A stretch of 64,000 nucleotides of DNA, from NCBI GenBank assembly GCA_002104905.1, contig MCFE01000374.1, forward strand, positions 1 through 64,000, read 5' to 3'. Source of the DNA: Basidiobolus meristosporus CBS 931.73 (lineage: Eukaryota; Fungi; Basidiobolomycota). Numbering within the stretch: the stretch's first letter is position 1; each line of letters starts with the position of its first letter. The position numbers and the translations under genes are program-made. Below the pieces are notes generated by a model. That model worked only from the letters and a program-made list of their open reading frames with translations. It was not told the DNA's origin and made no database searches. Shown here in pieces: positions 36,793-46,267 of this stretch.

Positions 36793-38434
36793 CTATTGGA
36801 CGTGCTCAAACGGCTTGACATCAATCCCAAGGAGGCTGTACATGGATCGAACCTTCTCTTCCATCTTCCCGTAATCTCCAATGAATGTAATGACTTTGCC
36901 ACGCTTCCCCATTCTGCCTGATCTACCGGCCATATGGAGATAACTGGTTGGGGATGAGGGTAGTCCAACGATGAATACATGGCTCAGATCGGGGATGTCG
37001 ATGCCTCTGGCCACATGCTCTGTCGCGATGTAGATACGCTGCTCTTTGGATCCCAAGTTGGATTTGTGGTAGCGTTGTGAAAGCTCGGTGGGGCTTATCC
37101 CGTATTCTTCCAGGCGGAAGATGAAGTCCGATATGCTTGTGCCGGAGGGAACAAAAATAACCGCTGATTGGACATCCTCGGCCTGGCAGGCCGCGGCAAC
37201 ACTCTCCAGCATGACATCGTCGCTATCCGAGAATGGCTCCACTTTCTCAACATTCTCTTCATATCGATTACTAACCATCTCAGGATCGGGCGTGAGCTCT
37301 ATGTTACGAATCAATTCCTGATTGACCATGAGGCAGTGGTGCACGATCTTGGCCGGTGGTGCCGTGCCCTTGGTAGCGTCAATAAATACTGCGTCTCCGA
37401 TCCATCCTTTACCAAGCAAGAAATGACGCAGTGGGCGATTGATGGTGGCCGAGGAGGCAATGAATTGGGGTTTTGCACCTGACTTGGTGGCACTCTTGAA
37501 GATTAGGTCAGCCAGCAGTTGAGCGGGTTTTGGATGCTTCTCACGGATGTATATTTCCCGAGTTGACGCGTAACGCTTGGGAAGTCTCAACATATGATCG
37601 GCCTCATCCATCATTAACAGCTCAAGTTGAGACAGGTCCAACTGGTTGGATTCGACAAGTTCCAGTAATCTACCGGGAGTACCAACAACGATCTGTGGAA
37701 TATTATCTTGTAACCTTTTCACCTGGGATTCGAGCTGTGATTTATCTGTGATCAGGACTTGGAGCAAAGGGTCAAGATTGGTTACTATATCGGCGGGAAC
37801 CAGTTCCCTTGTCCACAGTAAGATCTGATTAGCCAATTCGATACTAGGCACCACCACCACACACTTGACCGCCTTGGCGGGTTGGGTCAGATTGATATAT
37901 GGCAAGCTGAGTATGCTTACGACCGTCCCAAACGTTTTTCCTGACCCGGTTTGATCTCTTAATAATATATCTTGTCCCTTCAAAATAGTTGGCGTTAAGA
38001 CTTTTTGTACAGCGGTCGGGGTATGAATGTCGAAATTTTCTTTGAGAGACTGGCACAGAAGCGGTTTGACTCCAAGATCCTATGTTACCAAGCAGGGCGA
38101 GTTAAGGGTCAATGTTGCGAATGGAGAAGGGTTGAAGCAAAGATACCTTGAAGCTGGTGATCTTACGAGTGGAGGGGGTGCTTACCCATCTAGCCTGTTT
38201 ACCTCCTACACTGTAGAAAAGTTTAGCTTGGCGATAGCGTACATCCCGAGGTAAATCGACTTACGAGAATGCCAAATTTCTAGCTGGAAGTGCTCTGCTA
38301 GTTTGAATGGAAGTCACTAGGCATGACTTGTAACCGGCTGTTGCTGTGTGTAGCTTGCTCAACGAACCTGCAGCAGAGTATAAGCCAAGTCTATTCCGAT
38401 TCAAGCTTATAGCCCTTCTAGCAAACGAAAGCAT
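36793..38434 (-). CDS. Mitochondrially targeted DEAD-box RNA helicase, 3 exons
   Basis: Manual splicing gives an R/S/L-rich, acid-free presequence MLSFARRAISLNRNRLG...; Q motif PTAVQ; DQTGSGKT; GTPGRL; MDEADH; SSAT; ARGIDIP; HMAGRSGRMG. Confidence 0.85.
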
Positions 38435-38675
38435 GATGATATGGTGTCAAGCCAGAGAAATTGGCTTAATTTAAAAAGAATAATTCAACAAAATTTTCAG
38501 GGACCAATCCTACGACTGGAGTCAATTTGTGACTTGAGAAAATGAACTACCTATCATTCGTCAACAAAATGCCCACCACTAGAGTTTATTATGCAATATA
38601 CGAGTGATCCAATACAATATTTAAAAAATGTCAGCTAAAATAATAACGATATAACTATTAATATGGGTTAGAGCT

Positions 38676-41318
38676 TTAGATTCGTGGCTTTCTTTCAACG
38701 TCTGTACGGGCCTCATGAGAAGGCTGTAGGTTATACGCCTCAGAGCTCCACTTGGTAGGTTCAGATTTAGTATGTTGAGCAGGAAGCGGTTCAATTTTGG
38801 ATTCAGTCTTTCTTCTTTCGGCTTCCTGAAGCGCTTGTTCAGTAGCAAGTGCTATCTTGTTATCAAGGTCAAGCAGCATCTCTGTCAGCTTCTTTGGGAC
38901 CATCTGTTGGATGACTTTTTTCACCTTCGAGTTGATGAATGGCGCGAGGAGTTTGTAGGTGGTGCTGTGTCTGGTCCCATGGATCTTCAGCTTCAGGTCA
39001 TGCACCCGAGTATTGCAGTCTAACACCTCATACAGATGCGCCTTCTTCCCTTTCTCTGGGCTCACATTGAGCAGCAGATCCAGCTCAATCCCCTCCTCTG
39101 GCATGTCCACATCCATGTACCCAACATCGGTCATCTTGGGGAATGTCTTCTTGCGGTAGTAGAATGCCGCATCCCTCACCTTCACCTGGACATTGCTCAG
39201 CTTGATGTACACCTTGTTGCGGAGGTTCTGCTCTGCCTTGAGGTTGGTGTCCACCACCGTCTGGGTGTTGATGTGCACAAACTTGGGAAGGATGTTGCTG
39301 CACTGGATCACCACATTGTCCAACACCACGTCCAGCTTCTCGTCCGACTGCTCAACTCGTGGCAGTGGGACGTAGTCCATCTTCTCAGCGATGATCGGAA
39401 TCAACCTGGCAAAGTCCTTGACCAGGTCGTACTTGAATGTGGGCTTGCCAAATTCATCCATGAACAAGTCCTTTGTGAACGCCTCCAGATCCTGAACAAA
39501 CCGCTTGCTCGTCTTGTCTTGCTTCAGAGCAGCATTGAAGTTGCTCAACTCATCGCTGATCTGTGCAACTAGCCCGCGATATCTGTTCTCCACGATGGAG
39601 TGGCCACGCTCCACAATTCGGTTGGCGTCATCGGTGTACCCCGGACGATCAACATAGTCGTACTCGCGGATAGAGCGGTGGACGAATGTCTTGATGTCGC
39701 GTAGGAGCTCCGCCAAGTCATGATCTTGATTGGCTTTGTTAAGAAGCACCCTGACAGAGTCGAACAACGGGTCCAGCGACTTCTGCCCAGCAAAGTTCTC
39801 CACAAGCTCTTTCGCATTTGCTCTAGCAATCGACAGATCATCCTGAGCAACTTCGTGCTTGGCTGCGGTGGTCTCCTTGGCGGAGCTGGTCACATGACGG
39901 CCATGGTCCTTCAGCCCAGATAAGACTGAGAGAAGCTCGTCGACAGCCATCTGGAAGTCAGGATTGCCTTGGACCTCTCTGAAGATGGCCTTGACCCGCT
40001 GGATCAGGTGGGTGCGTTGATCTGGAGTCAGTCGCATGTCGGTGACCTTTTGCTGCAGCCCTGTTTGCACCTCCTTGGCTACCCCAACTGCAGCATCCAG
40101 CGGGGAGATCTCGCCTTGTTCAGCCTTGTGGACATACGGGAGAGCCGTCTCTTTGGCGTTGAAGTATACCGGGGCCATGGAGTCTTTCATAGTGTTCCTC
40201 AGTTGGTCCCTCGCCTCACCAGGCATCATCTCACGGTCCTCACCATGATGAACACTGTTCGGAACTCCTTGTGCTTGAGTGAGGTCGTGTGGGTGTGCAT
40301 ACGATTCAGCTCCATGTGGCCCTGTGGATGAGCCAATGACTGGCTGTTCCAGTTCGCCTCTGCCATAAGCACCCTCGGTCTGTGCGGTTTGTGCGAAGGG
40401 CACGCCATCAACGTCACTACCAATTCCACTCTGATTGGTGCGGTGATGGTAGCCAGGCTGATCACTGGCAAGTGTATCTGGTGCGGAGGTTGGTGCGCCT
40501 GCAATCCCTTCTGACGGTTGAGCCATATGGTTGGCGAATCGTCCTCCCTCTGAATCTCCGTTGCGAGTGAAGCTGTCGCCAGTGTGGTTATTGATGTCGA
40601 TGCCATTGTTGGCGCTAGCGTAGTTGTTAGGAGCTCCTACTGGGACCCTGGTCTGTTGGGCAGTTTGCATATCCGGATAGGTTGACTCACCAGTGTGTGG
40701 ATCTACTGTTGTCTCTCCATTCTGTGCTGGATGTCCGGGAACATTGGAGGTGACTGTCTCTTGCAGGATGTTCGTCACGTCATTGATCAGTCGGCGGAAC
40801 TGTGAGGAAGTGACCAGTAGCCAGGCTACCTTCGAGATGCTCTCCACCCCATCCGAAGCCAAATCCTTCGCCTCGCCAACTGTCCCGGAAAGCTCGCCCT
40901 TGGCCCCGGCGAGTTCATCCCCATCCTTCATGGTGTTACCAGCCTTGCCGCTGTGGTAGATGATGTTCTGTAGCTGATCATTGTCATTCTTCTCGGCGAG
41001 TAGGATTTGGGCCGACTCAACAAGACGCTCCGCGTTGGCCATCATTCTCTTTCCCTCAGGGCTCATATCCGAGGCTATGTCATGGAAGTTGTTGTTCTCG
41101 GTTAGCTTCTCCAGGCCCTGGTTGATCTGATTGGTGGTTGGCAGTCTGCCTTCCTGGAGCGCCTTACCCACCTCCTGGAGATGTTCTTTTCTGCGAATGA
41201 CCTTCTCCTGTTGGGTGCCCTGTTTCGGTGGCAAGCTCTCACCAGGAACCCCGATCTTTGTAGAGTCATTGATATGAGTTGAATGATCAGTGTTTGTGTT
41301 GGAGTTAGAAGGGCTCAT
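38676..41318 (-). CDS. HAM1-like (DUF5923/DUF4449-type) fungal protein, copy A, intronless, ~880 aa
   Basis: N-terminal PTTNQINQGL...SPEGKRMM..AERLVESAQILLAEKNDNDQLQNII; C-terminal YVPLPRVEQSDEKLDVVLDNVVIQCSNILP and DAAFYYRKKTFPKMTDVGYMDV. First ATG at 41318 (the ORF-track start is a CTG). Confidence 0.82.
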   Translation of the reverse strand: MSPSNSNTNTDHSTHINDSTKIGVPGESLPPKQGTQQEKVIRRKEHLQEVGKALQEGRLPTTNQINQGLEKLTENNNFHDIASDMSPEGKRMMANAERLVESAQILLAEKNDNDQLQNIIYHSGKAGNTMKDGDELAGAKGELSGTVGEAKDLASDGVESISKVAWLLVTSSQFRRLINDVTNILQETVTSNVPGHPAQNGETTVDPHTGESTYPDMQTAQQTRVPVGAPNNYASANNGIDINNHTGDSFTRNGDSEGGRFANHMAQPSEGIAGAPTSAPDTLASDQPGYHHRTNQSGIGSDVDGVPFAQTAQTEGAYGRGELEQPVIGSSTGPHGAESYAHPHDLTQAQGVPNSVHHGEDREMMPGEARDQLRNTMKDSMAPVYFNAKETALPYVHKAEQGEISPLDAAVGVAKEVQTGLQQKVTDMRLTPDQRTHLIQRVKAIFREVQGNPDFQMAVDELLSVLSGLKDHGRHVTSSAKETTAAKHEVAQDDLSIARANAKELVENFAGQKSLDPLFDSVRVLLNKANQDHDLAELLRDIKTFVHRSIREYDYVDRPGYTDDANRIVERGHSIVENRYRGLVAQISDELSNFNAALKQDKTSKRFVQDLEAFTKDLFMDEFGKPTFKYDLVKDFARLIPIIAEKMDYVPLPRVEQSDEKLDVVLDNVVIQCSNILPKFVHINTQTVVDTNLKAEQNLRNKVYIKLSNVQVKVRDAAFYYRKKTFPKMTDVGYMDVDMPEEGIELDLLLNVSPEKGKKAHLYEVLDCNTRVHDLKLKIHGTRHSTTYKLLAPFINSKVKKVIQQMVPKKLTEMLLDLDNKIALATEQALQEAERRKTESKIEPLPAQHTKSEPTKWSSEAYNLQPSHEARTDVERKPRI

Positions 41319-44300
41319 ATTGAACAGCACGATGAATTATCAGATTATTAACAAAGAATGTACAAAGTTGGAAAGTTTGAACTGTTCCCGAAGAACGCAA
41401 CTTTTTTTATAAAGCGGAAGCCGGTATAGAGTGTGACAACAACCCGTTGAAAATAAATTGAAACGGTGACGTTGATGAGAGCATAGTGATTGATAGCATA
41501 CCACTATTCTCGATCTAATAGACCTTCATATCTCATTGCTATTGCCAGACGAACTTCAACCATAACAATCAATTGTAGTTGGTGATTTAATTCATCCCCA
41601 TTTTTGGTATGGTCTGATGTTAGTATTACATAATACGCTAGACATTTATAATGAAATTGGCCATCATGACACCAAACTGAGTCGGAAATGGAGATACTTG
41701 CAACTTATTTTCATTAAGAGGTCCAACTATGGTTGGTTCAGTTTGACCAGAACTAACGACAAATCGGGGCGGAAATGGCAATGTTAATCACTGCTGAGCT
41801 AATTACTTTGGTGAAGGTTGAAATCATCTTTTGCTCATCCACAAAGTCGACGTCATCTGGCCTGCTTTATGAATGAACCATGATAGAATCTATATAAACG
41901 CTGTGAGAAACTTGGGTTTCTCCAGAATCCGCTTTGTATATTCTTCGTTAATAATCTATTAATTCATAACATGAACCCTACTAACTCCAACACAAACACT
42001 GATCATTCAACTCATATCAATGACTCTACAAAGATCGGGGTTCCTGGTGAGAGCTTGCCACCGAAACAGGGCACCCAACAGGAGAAGGTCATTCGCAGAA
42101 AAGAACATCTCCAGGAGGTGGGCAAGGCGCTCCAAGAAGGCAGACTGCCAACCACCAATCAGATCAACCAGGGCCTGGAGAAGCTAACTGAGAACAACAA
42201 CTTCCATGACATAGCCTCGGATATGAGCCCTGAGGGAAAGAGAATGATGGCCAACGCGGAGCGTCTTGTTGAGTCGGCCCAAATCCTACTCGCCGAGAAG
42301 AATGACAATGATCAGCTACAGAACATCATCTACCACAGCGGCAAGGCTGGTAACACCATGAAGGATGGGGATGAGCTCGCCGGGGCCAAGGGTGAGCTTT
42401 CCGGGACAGTTGGCGAGGCGAAGGATTTGGCCTCGGATGGGGTGGAGAGCATCTCGAAGGTAGCCTGGCTACTGGTCACTTCCTCACAGTTCCGCCGACT
42501 GATCAATGACGTGACGAACATCCTGCAAGAGACAGTCACCTCCAATGTTCCCGGACATCCAGCACAGAATGGAGAGACAACAGTAGATCCACGCACTGGT
42601 GAGTCAACCTATCCGGATATGCAAACTGCCCAACAGACCAGGGTCCCAGTAGGAGCTCCTAACAACTACGCTAGCGCCAACAATGGCATCGACATCAATA
42701 ACCACACTGGCGACAGCTTCACTCGCAACGGAGATTTAGAGGGAGGACGATTCGCCAATCATATGGCTCAACCGTCAGAAGGGATTGCGGGTGCAGCAAC
42801 CTCCGCACCAGATACACTTGCCAGTGATCAGCCTGGCTACCATCACCGCACCAATCAGAGTGGAATTGGTAGTGACGTTGATGGCGTGCCCTTCGCACAA
42901 ACCGCACAGACCGAGGGTGCTTATGGCAGAGGCGAACTGGAACAGCCAGTCATTGGCTCATCCACAGGGCCACATGGAGCTGAATCGTACGCACACCCAC
43001 ACGACCTCACTCAAGCACAAGGAGTTCCGAACAGTGTTCATCATGGTGAGGACCGTGAGATGATGCCTGGTGAGGCGAGGGACCAACTGAGGAACACTAT
43101 GAAAGACTCCATGGCCCCGGTATACTTCAACGCCAAAGAGACGGCTCTCCCGTATGTCCACAAGGCTGAACAAGGCGAGATCTCCCCGCTGGATGCTGCA
43201 GTTGGGGTAGCCAAGGAGGTGCAAACAGGGCTGCAGCAAAAGGTCACCGACATGCGACTGACTCCAGATCAACGCACCCACCTGATCCAGCGGGTCAAGG
43301 CCATCTTCAGAGAGGTCCAAGGCAATCCTGACTTCCAGATGGCTGTCGACGAGCTTCTCTCAGTCTTATCTGGGCTGAAGGACCATGGCCGTCATGTGAC
43401 CAGCTCCGCCAAGGAGACCACCGCAGCCAAGCACGAAGTTGCTCAGGATGATCTGTCGATTGCCAGAGCAAATGCGAAAGAGCTTGTGGAGAACTTTGCT
43501 GGGCAGAAGTCGCTGGACCCGTTGTTCGACTCTGTCAGGGTGCTTCTTAACAAAGCCAATCAAGATCATGACTTGGCGGAGCTCCTACGCGACATCAAGA
43601 CATTCGTCCACCGCTCTATCCGCGAGTACGACTATGTTGATCGTCCGGGGTACACCGATGACGCCAACCGAATTGTGGAGCGTGGCCACTCCATCGTGGA
43701 GAACAGATATCGCGGGCTAGTTGCACAGATCAGCGATGAGTTGAGCAACTTCAATGCTGCTCTGAAGCAAGACAAGACGAGCAAGCGGTTTGTTCAGGAT
43801 CTGGAGGCGTTCACAAAGGACTTGTTCATGGATGAATTTGGCAAGCCCACATTCAAGTACGACCTGGTCAAGGACTTTGCCAGGTTGATTCCGATCATCG
43901 CTGAGAAGATGGACTACGTCCCACTGCCACGAGTTGAGCAGTCGGACGAGAAGCTGGACGTGGTGTTGGACAATGTGGTGATCCAGTGCAGCAACATCCT
44001 TCCCAAGTTTGTGCACATCAACACGCAGACGGTGGTGGACACCAACCTCAAGGCAGAGCAGAACCTCCGCAACAAGGTGTACATCAAGCTGAGCAATGTC
44101 CAGGTGAAGGTGAGGGATGCGGCATTCTACTACCGCAAGAAGACATTCCCCAAGATGACCGATGTTGGGTACATGGATGTGGACATGCCAGAGGAGGGGA
44201 TTGAGCTGGATCTGCTGCTCAATGTGAGCCCAGAGAAAGGGAAGAAGGCGCATCTGTATGAGGTGTTAGACTGCAATACTCGGGTGCATGACCTGAAGCT

Positions 44301-44395
44301 GAAGATCCATGGGACCAGACACAGCACCACCTACAAACTCCTCGCGCCATTCATCAACTCGAAGGTGAAGAAAGTCATCCAACAGATGGTCCCAA
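38894..44395. repeat. Large inverted repeat: arms 38894-41308 and 41981-44395 (2415 bp each), 672-bp spacer
   Basis: Both arm ends map with the same coordinate sum (83289), so there is no net indel. Only 3 amino-acid differences within the arms (H/R, S/L, P/A) plus scattered synonymous SNPs. Confidence 0.97.
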
Positions 44396-44601
44396 TGAAG
44401 TTATCCGAAATGTTGGTTGATCTTGATGATAAAATTGCCTCGCAAACCGAAATCACGCTTGCAAAAGCATCCTTGAGAAAAGCCGAGATAGAGGAGGAGA
44501 AAAGAAGTTTAGATATGTCACAAGCCACGGCGACACCTGAAAAATGGGCTTCGGAGGCCTATGATCCTCGTTCGACTAGTAAAGACACGCCTGTGCAGTA
44601 A
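41971..44601 (+). CDS. HAM1-like (DUF5923/DUF4449-type) fungal protein, copy B, intronless, 876 aa
   Basis: Same motifs as copy A; differs at residues 2-4 and in the last ~68 aa. Confidence 0.82.
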   Translation: MNPTNSNTNTDHSTHINDSTKIGVPGESLPPKQGTQQEKVIRRKEHLQEVGKALQEGRLPTTNQINQGLEKLTENNNFHDIASDMSPEGKRMMANAERLVESAQILLAEKNDNDQLQNIIYHSGKAGNTMKDGDELAGAKGELSGTVGEAKDLASDGVESISKVAWLLVTSSQFRRLINDVTNILQETVTSNVPGHPAQNGETTVDPRTGESTYPDMQTAQQTRVPVGAPNNYASANNGIDINNHTGDSFTRNGDLEGGRFANHMAQPSEGIAGAATSAPDTLASDQPGYHHRTNQSGIGSDVDGVPFAQTAQTEGAYGRGELEQPVIGSSTGPHGAESYAHPHDLTQAQGVPNSVHHGEDREMMPGEARDQLRNTMKDSMAPVYFNAKETALPYVHKAEQGEISPLDAAVGVAKEVQTGLQQKVTDMRLTPDQRTHLIQRVKAIFREVQGNPDFQMAVDELLSVLSGLKDHGRHVTSSAKETTAAKHEVAQDDLSIARANAKELVENFAGQKSLDPLFDSVRVLLNKANQDHDLAELLRDIKTFVHRSIREYDYVDRPGYTDDANRIVERGHSIVENRYRGLVAQISDELSNFNAALKQDKTSKRFVQDLEAFTKDLFMDEFGKPTFKYDLVKDFARLIPIIAEKMDYVPLPRVEQSDEKLDVVLDNVVIQCSNILPKFVHINTQTVVDTNLKAEQNLRNKVYIKLSNVQVKVRDAAFYYRKKTFPKMTDVGYMDVDMPEEGIELDLLLNVSPEKGKKAHLYEVLDCNTRVHDLKLKIHGTRHSTTYKLLAPFINSKVKKVIQQMVPMKLSEMLVDLDDKIASQTEITLAKASLRKAEIEEEKRSLDMSQATATPEKWASEAYDPRSTSKDTPVQ

Positions 44602-44665
44602 AGTGAGCATGCAAAACAATAAAATCATAGCTAATAATATTCTCAATCAAATCCGATTTTATTCT

Positions 44666-45144
44666 TTACAAGTTATACTTTGGACGCCCGATTATTATGG
44701 GGACCATGTTGATTTTTTTGAATTTTTCCACCCGTTTCTTGGTAGTCGTGTAAGTGGCGTTTCCATGGAATTTCAAGGAATATTTTCCCAATGGTATGGA
44801 CCTAGGTATCATCCATTCTTGATTAACCACCTTGTTCCAGTTGCCGGTTCTTCTTGAAGTAGAGGCCAACTTGTAGATCACTGTTCGATTGGTTTTGTCC
44901 AGGAGATCCACTCTAACGTAGTCCAAGTATGCAAGATCTTGTTGAAGCAACCGATACTTCAGCTGTACCCTCTGCCCACGAGCAAACTTGGCGTTTGGTT
45001 TGGGAGCCAGAACCTGAATTTGATCTTTTAGGAATGATTAGTACGGCGTTATATGAATAGGTTTTCATCACACCAAAACCTACCTGCATGAATGAACCCA
45101 AACAACAACATGATACCAATTGGGAAATAACCAGATAAATACAT
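44666..45144 (-). CDS. Small secreted beta-rich protein (Kre9/Knh1 N-terminal Ig-like fold possible), 2 exons
   Basis: Signal peptide MYLSGYFPIGIMLLFGFIHA, then a GTAGGT...CTAATC...AAAAG intron, joined to DQIQVLAPKPNAKFARGQRVQLKYRLL...WMIPRSIPLGKYSLKFHG. Confidence 0.65.
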
Positions 45145-45604
45145 TAGAAGTGGGTTAAATTAAAGGAAAGCCAAAAGAAAACGAGATGAAGGGGTTAAGT
45201 TTTTCAACTAACCAGTCCTCCCAGGAGATCCCCATTCATTATATATTCCTGCTGTCAATCGACCCACAACACAACAAAAACATAGGAAAACAGAAGAGTG
45301 CACTGATGGACATTTATATCGATGTTTCATCCATCACGGAATTCCAGCAACTCGAGCCAGTTATTTCTTGAACCTGATCAGGCGCTTCTTTGTTCTAATT
45401 GTTATGGAAGCTAATCCCTCTTCAATCACGCTCATGAAGGTATGAAGGAAAATCGATCATCAACGCGAATACCTTGAAAGAGGTGAATGTTTTGAAGTGA
45501 TTCATCGAAGTGGCTTTAATCTATCCATGTCTATATAACCAATCCATCACCGCTCTTGGGACTTTATAGAGTGTCTCCTACTCTATTGGCACCTACTCTT
45601 CGAA

Positions 45605-45907
45605 ATGGCAGCACTAAGCCCGGATTTTCTGAAAGATGCAGAGCGTTTCTACTCAAGGTTATCAGAAAGACGCAGGAACGATTCGGAGAATGTGCCCACT
45701 TACCGACGAAGATCTGCATTACCCACGCTCGAGGAGGCTCGCAGAGTTGGGGTAAGAAGTCGGCCTTACAAATCCAAAAATCGAGTAGATTCTACCGAAG
45801 TGTCCAAGCGACTTAAGGCCTACCTAGGAAGTAAAGAGACGCACCCTTTACCCACGCTGTGCGCAGCAAAACCCAGGCTCCTTCAAGAGCGGGATATTTT
45901 AATCTGA
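45605..45907 (+). CDS. Hypothetical small basic protein (100 aa)
   Basis: ATG-started ORF in the gap between two genes; R/K/S-rich; no motif recognised. Confidence 0.3.
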   Translation: MAALSPDFLKDAERFYSRLSERRRNDSENVPTYRRRSALPTLEEARRVGVRSRPYKSKNRVDSTEVSKRLKAYLGSKETHPLPTLCAAKPRLLQERDILI

Positions 45908-46267
45908 AGGCCTTGTTTGGATGATGTCCACTCCTGCATGTGCAACTAAAGAGATATGTAAAAAAAGCAAGCTAATGTAATTTGATGGTTAGCTAATACA
46001 GAGATTCGGATTCCAAATTCCTGTCCATACTAACCCATCGTTTACACTACTCGATAACCTAGCAAGAAAATCCAAGCCACATGAATCGGTTCTGTCTGTA
46101 CGCTCTCGCTAATGAACATGTTCCATTTCCAAGCTAAATTTGGGGATTTCTTCAGCGGTCACACACCAATAAAGCAAATGGAAATGCATTGTCTCAGCCA
46201 AGCCCTAGCGGCCTATAAATTCAGATACTACCCTCTTGGACACACAGACCCCTTTCATTACACCTCA

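Noticed and set aside
38894-44395. Palindrome as a simple mirror-image assembly artefact
   Set aside because: The arms carry SNPs, the spacer is unique, and the tails and 5' UTRs are homologous yet diverged, which a fold-back chimera would not produce. Over-homogenisation by polishing still needs long-read checking.
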